64,000 nucleotides of DNA from Balanoglossus misakiensis (lineage: Eukaryota; Animalia; Hemichordata). Shown piece after piece: positions 53,158 to 64,000 of the stretch; within the stretch, counting starts at the first letter, position 1, and the number at the start of each line of letters is the position of its first letter. The stretch covers positions 11,188,552 through 11,252,551 of the forward strand of contig CM082584.2 in NCBI GenBank assembly GCA_040954595.2, in the 5' to 3' direction. Made by a program: the position numbers and the translations under genes. The notes beneath the pieces were generated by a model that saw only the letters and a list, made by a program, of their open reading frames with translations, had not been told where the DNA came from and ran no database searches.

Positions 53158-55748
53158 TCAGAAGTCGGCATCCAATGTAAATTCATGTCTCTGTCCGATC
53201 GACGTCATCACATTGGCCTTCTGGTATTCTCCCACCCTCTTCTCGAAGAAGTTAGTTTTGCCTTGAAGTGAAATGTTCTCCATGAAGTCAAATGGATTTT
53301 CTACTTTATACACCTGCAATAAGAATGAACAAAATGTTTTAATTTAAAATCAAGGATCCACGAAAATGATGCAGTAAGAGACATTTGGTGTATTTGTACC
53401 AACAATGGATACAGATGAGCTGCATGCAAATCTTGGCAATGTTTCATTTACACTGACCTTGTCACAGTCCAATTCCTGTAAAAGTCTGTCGGCCACAAAC
53501 TCTATGTACTGGTTCATGAGTGCCGCATTCATCCCGATCAGAGCCACTGGCAGAGCGTCCGTCCAGAACTCCTGCTCGATGGACACCGCCTCTGTGAGGA
53601 TCTGCGTCACCCTCTTGGGACAGGGTTTGTTGACCAGGTGCGAGTAGAGCAAGCATGCAAAGTCACAGTGGAGACCCTCGTCCCGGCTGATGAGTTCATT
53701 GGAGAATGTTAACCCCGGCAACAGACCCCTGTAAATGAGATGTAAAACTGATGAGTTACATACACACTCAGTGATTGGCTTCATACCAGGTGTGTCGCAC
53801 AGTAAACAGAACATGTACAAAGCTTTTCTCCAAAACACAGTACTTACCTCTTCCTGAACCAAAACACAGCAGCAAACGCGCCAGAGAAGAAAATGCCCTC
53901 AACAGCTGCAAATGCTACAAGCCTTTCCCCAAAGCTTGCTTCCTGTGATTCTATCCACTCAATAGCCCATTCTGCCTTCTTCTTTACACATGGTACTGTG
54001 GGAGAAGAAGTCAACAGAAATGACAAATTAATATTCTGATGCACAACTATTTTAGGAAGCTTAAATGTATGACCATGGTCCATCCACAATAATGTGCGAG
54101 TAATATAGCATACATAATATACAGATGATACTCACATGTGTCAATGGCAGTGAATAATTTGTGCTTTTCTTGACTGTCCATGATATATGTGTCAATCAGC
54201 AAACTGTACATTTCGGAATGAATGTTCTACAAAGGAAGTGAAAAAAGTGAACATGACTTCATGTACAAATATTATAAAGGTTGCGCATTTAAAAACTCTG
54301 CAGATTGCTGTGGGAATAACCACATAGAATACATGTACTGAGAGTAAACATTCACAGGTCCTTACCTCCATGGCAATCTGAAAACCATAAAAACACCTGG
54401 CTTCGGCAACTTGGATCTCTTGAGTGAATCTCTGGACGAGGTTTTCGATGACAATGCCATCACTGGCAGCAAAGAACGCCAGCACCTGAGATATAAATTG
54501 TCTTTCTTGTGGCTGTGGAAGAAAGTAGTAAGATACTGAAAATTCAACAATACTTCAACAAAGCAGAACCCACAGGTGGCTAAATAAGACACATCCCCTC
54601 ACCTTGAGTTGTTTCCAGTCTTTGGCATCTTTGCCAAGATCAACTTCTTCAACCATCCACAATGAAGCTGTGTCATAAATAAAAGTGGTCAAACAAAAAA
54701 ACAGAAAATAAATGAAGTTAAAGGTGGAGGAAGATTTTATAATGTAGCCCCTGAACTGTTTTACATGTGTGTTACTTGCAGACATAATGAATGAATGACA
54801 GGGAAAAAATAGTTGCCATTTCACCTTGTGCTTTTTTGTAAAAAGTCCACATGTCTTGGTATTTGATGGGAAACACAACAAAGCGGTCATTGGTCGGCTT
54901 CAGGAGTGGTTCCTCCGAATCTAACTCCTTGGCAGTTTTCTGTGTAAATAATTCTTTTGTAGAGTCGGCTTCAGAACCAGCTTCATCCTCTGAATCATCT
55001 TCCGCTTGCCTCACTGGCTGAGACATCTGCATGAAAGACTCTTGCGAGGAGAGATTGGAAACTTGCGACATTTCCATGGCCGATATTTCAGTCTGAGTCC
55101 TCGACAGTGTCGGCTCATTTCTTTGGTCCACATCACCTCCGGTGTCCTTCTCCTGGTCTGCCTGCTGGCCTCCGAGCTCACCATCATGCGCAACAATCCT
55201 CATGGTGCCACCTCTAGCCGGTTCAATACATGAACGCTTCGGTGGGGGAGGATGAATCGAATGAATGGTATCCTCCTGTCAGACATAAAATCAATACTTT
55301 CTGATAAGACAATGACATCACTACTATACCATTGATGCCAATCTCGTTCATTTCTAGAACATCCTTACTCAACATGCAACAAACACCTACGCAGACATTG
55401 TGTCCAAACCCATGGAATGACTGAAAACTCCTCTGTACCGCAAACACACAAACAGGCCTGTATATTCGTATCAATACGGTGTACAGTTATCACCTCCGCC
55501 CCAGCTGCTGACACAGCACCGGATAGAGGTCATTCCCTAACAATCGCTGTGGCTTGTGCATCATTTCTTCGAAGTCCAACATGCAATATCAGTGTGAATT
55601 CGATACCTACCACGGTTTCACCTTTAACAAGACTACGCTGGGTATATTTTGACAACATACAGCGGCATTCAGTCTAAATAACGTCAAGGTTATGGGCAAA
55701 AGCTTGATTGAGGTTACATCACTGTACCTTCTGCTTTGTTTCTGTCAT
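53158..55748 (-). CDS. Ribonucleoside-diphosphate reductase small (R2) subunit, RRM2/RRM2B family, with a long N-terminal extension
   Basis: [39 protein letters not shown] (radical Tyr), [62 protein letters not shown]. The 5' exons (55748-55728, ~55673-55611, from 55276) are tentative. Confidence 0.92.
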
Positions 55749-56010
55749 GATATACAGCGCCCCCTGTCGTCTGGGAAACGTCAATTTCACTTTCAGCTTT
55801 TTCTCTGGTTTGAATTTCCTCCTTTGGATGCTTTATCCAACCAGTTTTATAGTCTTTTGAGACGGTTCCAGTAAGGATAGGGATCCACAGTTACTTCACA
55901 ACATATACAGTTACTTCCAAGCTTGTTGTTCGAGTCGAGAAGGGCCCTTTAAATCCATAACCTTTGAACCCAGGTTTCTAGCCAGTCAGCCAATCAAATT
56001 GTTTGAGAAC

Positions 56011-56030
56011 AGACAAGCGCAGACAAGTAC
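56011..56030. promoter_or_regulatory. p53-response-element-like site (two adjacent RRRCWWGYYY half-sites) next to a CCAAT box
   Basis: AGACAAGCGC AGACAAGTAC matches the consensus at 18/20 positions, with both CWWG cores intact and no spacer. CCAAT is at 55990-55994. Confidence 0.4.
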
Positions 56031-56942
56031 ATTTTGTAGAACTGCAATGTCAACGAACGGTTTTCTATTGAGTCACGCAGGCACATTAAGTGAATGATTG
56101 GTATAAAGGGGTCATTTGAGGCATACACTTTGGTACAACCCCTATTAAAGTTGTGGAAACGTAGATTTTCTCTGGCGGGCAGAGAACCGCCCGGTGTCTC
56201 AATGTGGACATGGCATAGTCAAGCTCCCAACCACCGGTTACTAACCACAAGTGGACTAAAAACGGGCAAAAATTACAAGCGCTGTCAACTTCGGTGCGGC
56301 CTGTGTCTTGAACCACTGGTATAGTCAAGTACATTGACCGTGGTCAGTGTTCTAGGCACAATGTCATGCACACTTTGTAGTCTCCGAGACATGTACAACC
56401 TCCTCATTGGTGACGTTCACCTCAAAAGGGGTTTTGTGTTTCTTGAGAGGTGTGTACTTTGTGGATTTGTCCCACCCTTCGAATGTTCCGCATAACAGAT
56501 CAGACGAAGCAGCCAGCCCATTCTACGCATGATTAATTATATATGAATTGAGCGCATTCAGATTCATTTCACTTTTAACAAAAGGACATAGCGAAGGTAA
56601 AGTGACGTCTTGTTGTTGTTCATATATCCTCAGACGGGACGGCCGAGCTATGGTTTTCAAACGAGGTAGGTTGAATATCAGATTGTTGGTATCTGTGGGT
56701 CCATGATCTCTGTCGGTGTCGTTCTTACCGACTTTAGGCCTATGGCTTGACTTTGCTGTCGAATATTTGTCACCCCACTACACCGATTGCGTGAAAATTA
56801 GTCGACACCAGAATGACGTCAGTAGAGCTATGGACCTATACAGGTGAATGTCAGCTGGAGTTTGTTTCATCATAGACACGGAGCTCTCCGGATTTCATGG
56901 TTTCCTAACCTCATCTGCCCCTTCACCCCTTCCAGATATAAA

Positions 56943-57782
56943 ATGGTAAGAAAGAAGTCAAAGAAACCGAAGAACGCCGGAAGCGGCAAGATGCAGAATG
57001 GATCGTTTCGACCACCTGTTAACAAGAAGGATATCAAGGTGGAGGCAGATGTGTTGCGAGATTTCAGTTGCCAGCTCGGAGAGGCGGATCTAGCAGCCGA
57101 TTTAACAGAAATAGAAGGCTTGGGGATGAAGGGATTGGTCGCAGAATACAGTGGGTTCACTGTAAGGCGACCGAGGTCAGAGACACAACTACAAGAGACC
57201 GTGACCGCCACAAAGCGAGACGAGTCTTCCCAAATAAAAAGAGAAACGTTGTTGGCCGTGAGACAAGAAGTGAAACAACGAGGTCAAAGTCAGATCGGGC
57301 CGCTGGTTGTCGCCTTCAAACCGAAGAAGCGCCAACCGAAATACGAGCGACCGAGGCCGCCGCAGAGATCGGTCAAGACGCAGACGTCGAGAGACTTCTG
57401 CAGTCAAGTTACTGCCGCTGAAATTCAAGAAACCGTTGAAAAGTTTGCGGAGTTGCACGCTTTGGCACGTGAGAAAGTCGAGGTCGCTTTTGCAGTGCAG
57501 TCGACTGAAAACGACGACGATGAGGGTGTCATCAGCGAAGAATGGACACTGGAAATTGTTGACGACGCAGGTTTGAACGCAACCATCCTCCTTGACGACG
57601 AAGTGGATGCCACGGGTAAACCGCGCAAGATTTCTGAAGCATATGACGTCATCAGTGGCATTGACGATCCTGCGTTTGCCGAAGAAAAGCCAGAACCCAC
57701 TGAAGCCAAGAAAGTCGGCAAAGGAAGACTTCTCCGTTTCTTTTTGGAAATGTTCGGGTTATCTTGTTCTGTCACGTCTTGA
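56943..57782 (+). CDS. Uncharacterised protein, paralog A (279 aa, single coding exon, TQT/SQ motifs)
   Basis: Long ORF preceded by the splice acceptor CCTTCCAG|ATATAAAATG. It aligns over most of its length with paralog B, with synonymous divergence. Putative 5'UTR donor GAG|GTAGGT at 56666. Confidence 0.75.
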   Translation: MVRKKSKKPKNAGSGKMQNGSFRPPVNKKDIKVEADVLRDFSCQLGEADLAADLTEIEGLGMKGLVAEYSGFTVRRPRSETQLQETVTATKRDESSQIKRETLLAVRQEVKQRGQSQIGPLVVAFKPKKRQPKYERPRPPQRSVKTQTSRDFCSQVTAAEIQETVEKFAELHALAREKVEVAFAVQSTENDDDEGVISEEWTLEIVDDAGLNATILLDDEVDATGKPRKISEAYDVISGIDDPAFAEEKPEPTEAKKVGKGRLLRFFLEMFGLSCSVTS

Positions 57783-60606
57783 CGTACTGCACCACACTCT
57801 CTGGTGACGTCTATAACGCGTACATTCGTTATTGGAGACACTGGGAGATTTGGCTGGGGTCGTTCCTTTGCATGGACGGGGCCTAGTACTAGTCTGGGTC
57901 ACCTAAACAGACGCAGTGACCCTATTCCAAGGGGTGGTAGGGGACATTTCGGGTCTCGAAATAGCTTTACTAAACAACTTCACATTATGTTTAAGAACCC
58001 ACTTGCTAGGTACTTACGTGACTGAGTAAAAATACTAGTTTGCATGGGGACAACCTCATTGGCCACTCTGCGGTAAACAGGGATATCATTCGGGTACATG
58101 GTAGCGATTGGCACCACGTAATGATGTAGACAACAGCTGCTGAGAACCAATATACGAGGCGGGGAGATCTTACATCTCGGTCTGAGCCCAGTAGCACGTA
58201 TATGCCGACATGTCATTTTTTCCTAAAACTCGACATCCGTTCATTGAGACAACCGCACTGACCGACCATTAATCTCAACGCCGACAATAAAATTGCAAGT
58301 CAATGAACTCTGACATGTCTGTCCGGTTCATTCACAGGTTATAAGCCATCATTACTTTATATGGCAGCTCTTTTACAATACATGTATGAGACTGGAGATA
58401 TTTGTGCCGCCTTGGCAAGGAGTGTGGGAACTGTAACGCATCATCTAACAACAACATCTGCATTGCACACGACACAAAACAGACTTTCTCTAAGTTTTAA
58501 TGAACCTGGAACTCTTACATATCGGCTAATACCTTTTACAACGAATGCTGAAATATAACGATGTGTCTGTTAACGTGACCATAAAGATGCAACTCGCGGT
58601 CCTTGTTATAAAAGTTTGATCACCTCAGGACGACTTCGTGTTTACTTTCGCTGGTGATTCCTTGACCTGGCTTCTGGTGAGAATGTTTGAGGTGACGAAC
58701 GCTCCAACAAAGGGCGTTGTGTTTTTTTTTAATCTCTAAAAAGAAAGGTATTTGGCCCTACCCATGAAGTACGTGAGTGCTCCATACAAATTTACTAGGA
58801 TAGTCTCCGCGGGGAACCGCCTCGTCCACTCAACACCGGCCATGATTAATGATATGTATTGGCATTCAGATTGTTTTCACCTTCAACAAACAACACTCTT
58901 TTGCATGTGAAAGGAGAAGGTGGTCACCTCCCGTGAACACTTGCACAAAGCTAGTCCTCAGTTGGGAGAGCGCCGTGATTGTGGCGTCGTGAAAGTTACC
59001 GTGTGTATATCTGCAAATCGAGACACATTTGGTCGAAAGTATCTTCTGAGAATCGCGCGCCGTACTTCGTGAGAATCTTCGTCAGGGTTTCAGGCGAGGT
59101 AGGTCGAACCGTACAGTTATTTGATTTTCGCACGACCGATCTTTCGTGACCAGTGTGGTTACGCCCTGTATAGTTTAATGTGATATACATGTTCTAGTAC
59201 AACATTGCCACTTACAACCATGAGTGGTAGCGATCCACTATGCGCATATTAATCCAAAGCTCAACTCCAGATTCGTTCGCGGGATCCTCTACCCCAAATC
59301 TTGTCCACACTTCTTTATCCAAGCCATTTTTATCTTTTTTAATAACATGTATAGTGTCCATGTCATTGTGATAAAATCAGTGGCCGAGTGGTAAAAATAA
59401 TATTCCCACCCTCAGACTGTTGGGAAGAGACACTTTGGGGGTTGGGAATGCCATGGACACAGTGGCACGTCCATGAGAATGTGCATGACACCAATGTCTG
59501 TATGGCCACGGAGCTCGATGACACGACACGGCATTGTGTATTCATGACAACTGGGTGTCCAGAATATTGATATGGCTTTGAGAAAAGCACCTGCTATTGT
59601 ATTCAAACTTCTAACGTTGGGGCTGTGGAATTTATTACCAAGACCTACTACATTTGTACTACGAATGGAATTTACACTCAAGTGTGTGCGTGCGTGACGT
59701 GCATGTGAGAAGGGGCGTGCGTGCCCATACGTCTCTTATCAAGGGGTCCCGTGGATATGATGGAAGTTATAACGAGGGGTCAGACAGTCCATTCGGTATT
59801 TGAGCCAGGACCAAGGTGCACTATAAGAATTGGCCGGCCAATTCCCTTGTCGCTCCAGTGGACAAGTGGACTCGCGACTCAATGGACAATTGCGCCCACA
59901 CCCCACCACACGCACACACTTTCCCAGTTACCGTCTGACATATAGTCTCACTGTCTGTGATCAGACGAAAAAGAATTATTTTTTGCCGACTGTCAAACAT
60001 GTGAAACTATTAGCGCGTATGTAGTTATTACGATCCGCTGGCTTTCAAGAGACAAACACTTAAAATTAGAGCAAGGTCTTAATATAACCCTCCTTGACCC
60101 TCATCTCGGTTGGGTGCGGAATCAAAGGACCTCCATATTTCAAACGAGGAAGAGGTCGGCAAACATGTCAACTTTCTCGGGTACCTGGCGAGAATTCGGT
60201 GTTCATAGCTGGCCAATCGAAGGCCGGCAGTAATCAAGTTACCCCAGAGCCCCCCAGCAGCGAAAGCCAATTGCATTCCCAGGACCCGGTGTAATAAACA
60301 CCTGTAAGATAAAACCAAGACGAATTATACGTTGGCAACCCCAATTACGTGACCATAAATTACTTTTTTCGGCCCAGCACACAGACGTAGGTTATATATG
60401 TTCCAAATACCGGTACCGCTCTTTATGTGTACCAACTTAAAAGTTTGCCTATATGTAGGCCTAGGCCTACTTTTGGCCTGTGTGCGAACCACGGTCGTGT
60501 GCCCACCGAATTTCTACGTATAAATGTCGTCAAATATAGCCTCAATATACCTTACTGTTCCTTGCCTCATGCAATGTCTTGTTTGATTTTTTCCCTCAGA
60601 TATAAA

Positions 60607-61422
60607 ATGGTGAAGAACAAACCAAAGAACGCTGGAAACGGCGTGACTCAGAACGGACCAGCTGCGAATAAACCACCTGTTCAAAAGAGACACGTGAAGA
60701 CACAGACATCGCGAGATTTCGCCAGTCAGATCACCAAGGCGGAGTTGATATCCGAATTGACGGAGATAGAAGGGTTGGAAATGAAAGGGTTGGTCGCGGA
60801 GTATAACGGGTGCAAGGTCAGGCGACCGCGACCACCGACACGAGATGCCATGACGATGACGTCGCGGGATGCGTCCACCCAAATAAAAAGAGAAACGCTG
60901 TTGGCCGTGAGACAAGAAGTGAAACAACGAGGTCAAAGTCAAGTCGGGCCACTGGTTGTCGCCTTCAAACCCAAAAAGCGCCGTCCGCAATATCAGCGAC
61001 CGAAACCGCCACAGAGATCAATCAAGACGCAGACGTCGAGAGACTTTGGTAGTCAAGTGACTGCCGCGGAAATCACGGAAACCGTGGAGACGGCGGGAGT
61101 GTACATGTTGCACGCGGTGCCCAACGAATACGAGAAGGTGGAGCTCACAGTTGGCGAGCAGCCGACGGAAAATGGCGACGAAGAGGGCATCATCAACGAA
61201 GAATGGACACTGGAAATAGTTGACGACGCAGGTATGAATGCAACCATCGTTCGAGACGAAGAATCCGAAACACTGGTTCAGAACGGCGGCACAAATGCCA
61301 TGACAAGTGGTGTGGAAAATCCCGGGTTCCAGCGTGATGTGAACGAAGTCAGTACCGAAATGGCAACTCTCACCGTAGAGGACGACGAAGATAGCGAGGA
61401 AGAGTACAACACGTATTTATAA
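60607..61422 (+). CDS. Uncharacterised protein, paralog B (271 aa, single coding exon, TQT/SQ motifs)
   Basis: Same acceptor and start context, CCCTCAG|ATATAAAATG. Shares the blocks LTEIEGL.MKGLVAEY, QIKRETLLAVRQEVKQRGQSQ.GPLVVAFKPKKR and EEWTLEIVDDAG.NATI with paralog A. Putative donor at 59099. Confidence 0.75.
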   Translation: MVKNKPKNAGNGVTQNGPAANKPPVQKRHVKTQTSRDFASQITKAELISELTEIEGLEMKGLVAEYNGCKVRRPRPPTRDAMTMTSRDASTQIKRETLLAVRQEVKQRGQSQVGPLVVAFKPKKRRPQYQRPKPPQRSIKTQTSRDFGSQVTAAEITETVETAGVYMLHAVPNEYEKVELTVGEQPTENGDEEGIINEEWTLEIVDDAGMNATIVRDEESETLVQNGGTNAMTSGVENPGFQRDVNEVSTEMATLTVEDDEDSEEEYNTYL

Positions 61423-63555
61423 AACTGATCGCACGAGGTGCCAGTTGCTATAAAAACCTTTTTTATCCGGAATGAGTATGTCGTATAGGCCTCCTTGGGT
61501 CCTACGACTGCCCTGCATGTATAAAGACAGAGCACTTGAGTTAAACTCATTTCATTCCTCCTACAGTACAAAGTGAATTACAACTCGACCTAAATCACCT
61601 CAAGTATTAACTACCCTACTTCAACAAGTTATAATCAGACTCTAAAAGAAAGAAAAAGGGAAAAAAAAGTTGGCAATATGTGTATTTAGAATACTCCACC
61701 ATACAGTAACTCGAGGATAATTGATTACAGTGGCAATTAAGTAAGACCGTATAAAGGAACACTCGTTCCAACAGAAATCTCATGACGCGAGTTTATACGA
61801 GACCATTTACCGCCACCCCGAACAACGAAAGTATAAAATGTTCTAATATTTTACAACTAGTAATAAGCAATACAGCAACTGTAGAAGGTTCTATAAAAAC
61901 ATGGTCAATTGGTGTATCTAAATCTGCATACAAAATCGTCTTGGTCAAAAGATTTTCCAAGCGTTAATAACATTTTTGAGTCGATCGTTGGTACTTTCAC
62001 TGAGAACCCTTTATTTTCTTGATTCATTTATATGCAAACAACATTTAACTTATTTACCATATTGCATTTTAGCACCTGTATTTTCGTCGTCCGCTCTCTC
62101 GGATATACGCTTTATGCATGTTTGCAAGGTCAGAATGTCCTAAGTAATGACATGTTTATCCATCAAAGCACGACATACGCGTATTTGAATGTCACTGAAA
62201 GAAAAATTTACATTGTGTACGAAGCTTAGGCCCAGCCAACCCGGACGGGGTCACGATATTCAGACATCGGACAGTGTAACTTAAAGCCTTGTATTTATGC
62301 TCTGGCAGCTTAGAAAAGCAAACTGCTGACCGCGGAACAATCGCTTTCTGTGAATGTTGAAAAAATCACCGGGTTGAAAGACAGGACACACATCGTTCGT
62401 GGGTCTAGACAAGGTTTCCTTTGACGTGTACGTATTATACAGCGATTTTATTTTGAATACAATAAACTTTCATTTTTTTTACCAACGTCCTCGTTCTTAT
62501 TGTTTTGTGTACTGATTGAGATACAATAGGCAAGTTTTGTCATTATTTCGATGACCTTATCTCAGACAATGTGTTTACAAAAAATCGCCAACTAAGTTTG
62601 TAACCCCAGATATGGCCGTAACGTGCAGTTATGCATCCGAGTGTTTTCTGATTCCGTAAAAAAGACGCATACAAAAGCAGCAGGAAAATTGGCTTTTGGT
62701 ACCTGGCACGCACAAAAACTTAAAGGAAGGTTAATTTCTTGTGAAATTATATCTCAAGGAGACCGTAAAATATAGTTGTTTGTTTACAAATTCTAAAAAA
62801 AATTGTACCCTCCAGGATATCTCATGATATATCCCTTTGCAATATGCAGCAAAAATAAAACATATTTTCGTGGAGACATCTTTATTAGGCATAGCACCTG
62901 GGAAGAGACAGAATTGAGTAGAATACACAATGACACATCAAAAATAAAAGAAAAATTAAATAATAAAGACAGTTTGCATGGTACAGTAAATAAAGAATGA
63001 TGAAAATAGATATTGCACATAAAGCAGATTTCTTTGACATTGTGAAAGATGTATCTGGCTGACTTTGGCTCTGCTTAATGTTCAGGTACACAAGATGAAA
63101 AAAAAGTTGTAATTGAATTAGTCACACAGAGATTGTAGCGCGCGGATAATTCTAATCTAGCTAGGGGGTCAGACTGCCAGTCCCCCTAGCTACAATCTCC
63201 GTACGGAGAATGAATTTTAGGCTTGACTGCCACATTTGTTAAAGGGATGCACAAATTGGCCAACAGGAATTCCTGTGCAAAACACGATATCCAATAAACT
63301 CTTGCATCAGTAAACCAAGTATTCTGACTACTGGTATACTTTTTTTATAGAAAATATAACATCATTATCTGAGCTGGGGCTATAGCAAGGTGAATTTTTT
63401 AAAACAGAAATGATGACCATGATTGTAGACATACTAGTAAAAAGCAGTTTTCGTTGAAGAAAAAGACGAAAAGCAAAAGAACAGAGTCACAAAGACAAAG
63501 AGAGGAGAGATTTACAGGAAAAGAAAGTGCATGATTAATTTCTGGCAGTGGCATT

Positions 63556-64000
63556 TTATCTGATATTCTGCCTCATCAATTTGTTTGTGGAATTCTTTGA
63601 ACTGGCCAGCGTCTTCTCCTTCTTCCTCTGCGCATCAACGGCAAAACATTTCCAGAGTCGTAGAGTTTCATCAGCCGCTGCAGACACCACTGTTGTTCCA
63701 TCTGGACTCATTGCCATGTGAAGGACCCTTGATGTGTGACCTGGGGCAGGGTGGAAAACAGTGTGATGTTTAAATAAACTGATTTATGAGACAGGTTGGA
63801 AAAATACTCTATTAATCAGACAGCATAACTTATGAAAGTGTTGTATACAATCTATAAAGTCAAAACAAAGTACAATTTATCAGTACATTTGCCATTACCT
63901 GTGAGTTCAGTAACTTTAGCCATGGTGGGGTATTTCCAGACGATCAATTGATTGTTGGCAAATCCATGCGCTGACACCAGCTCCTTGTATTCCTTGGACC
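63556..64000 (-). CDS. CDC20: Cell division cycle 20 (APC/C activator), last two exons; gene continues beyond the window
   Basis: [33 protein letters not shown]|[33 protein letters not shown]...LMRQNIR* shows the WD40 C-terminus and the IR tail. Confidence 0.93.

Noticed and set aside
55492-55582. Alternative R2 first exon [11 protein letters not shown]...
   Set aside because: Its phase-2 donor puts the next exon in a frame that stops before the conserved domain.
56943-61422. Viral or transposon origin of the orphan ORF pair
   Set aside because: No transposase, reverse transcriptase, integrase or capsid motifs, LTRs or TIRs were seen. The conserved splice signals favour cellular genes.

Overview
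Eukaryotic (animal) genomic DNA, probably from an invertebrate deuterostome. That placement is an inference from the ST3Gal sialyltransferase, the EGF-CFC gene and the compact introns. Positions 1-~8230 are a highly homogeneous 87-bp satellite array of about 94 monomers; the long ORFs called there are repeat artefacts. The array runs directly into a dense block of intron-containing genes: CYP4-family P450 (-), TTLL11 (-), PPWD1 (-), an EGF-CFC/Cripto-like gene (+), RTCA (-) head-to-head with DBT (+), an ST3Gal sialyltransferase (-), tRNA-Ser(GCT) (+), a divergent SSUH2-like gene (-), CCDC24 (-), MTREX/SKIV2L2 (-), a ribonucleotide reductase small subunit (-), two tandem paralogous orphan genes (+) and the 3' end of CDC20 (-). 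Four observations stand out. (1) The CYP4 gene's last codons, stop codon and nearest AATAAA lie inside degenerate edge monomers of the satellite. (2) The orphan gene pair encodes probably disordered proteins with repeated tandem TQT/SQ motifs resembling multivalent LC8 (dynein light chain) binding sites. (3) The EGF-CFC protein has lost the C1-C3 disulfide pair and the threonine needed for Nodal signalling. (4) The R2 subunit has an SQ/TQ cluster, no visible KEN box and an upstream p53-like element. Gene identities come from manual translation and remembered family motifs, not database searches. Exon boundaries were read by eye.
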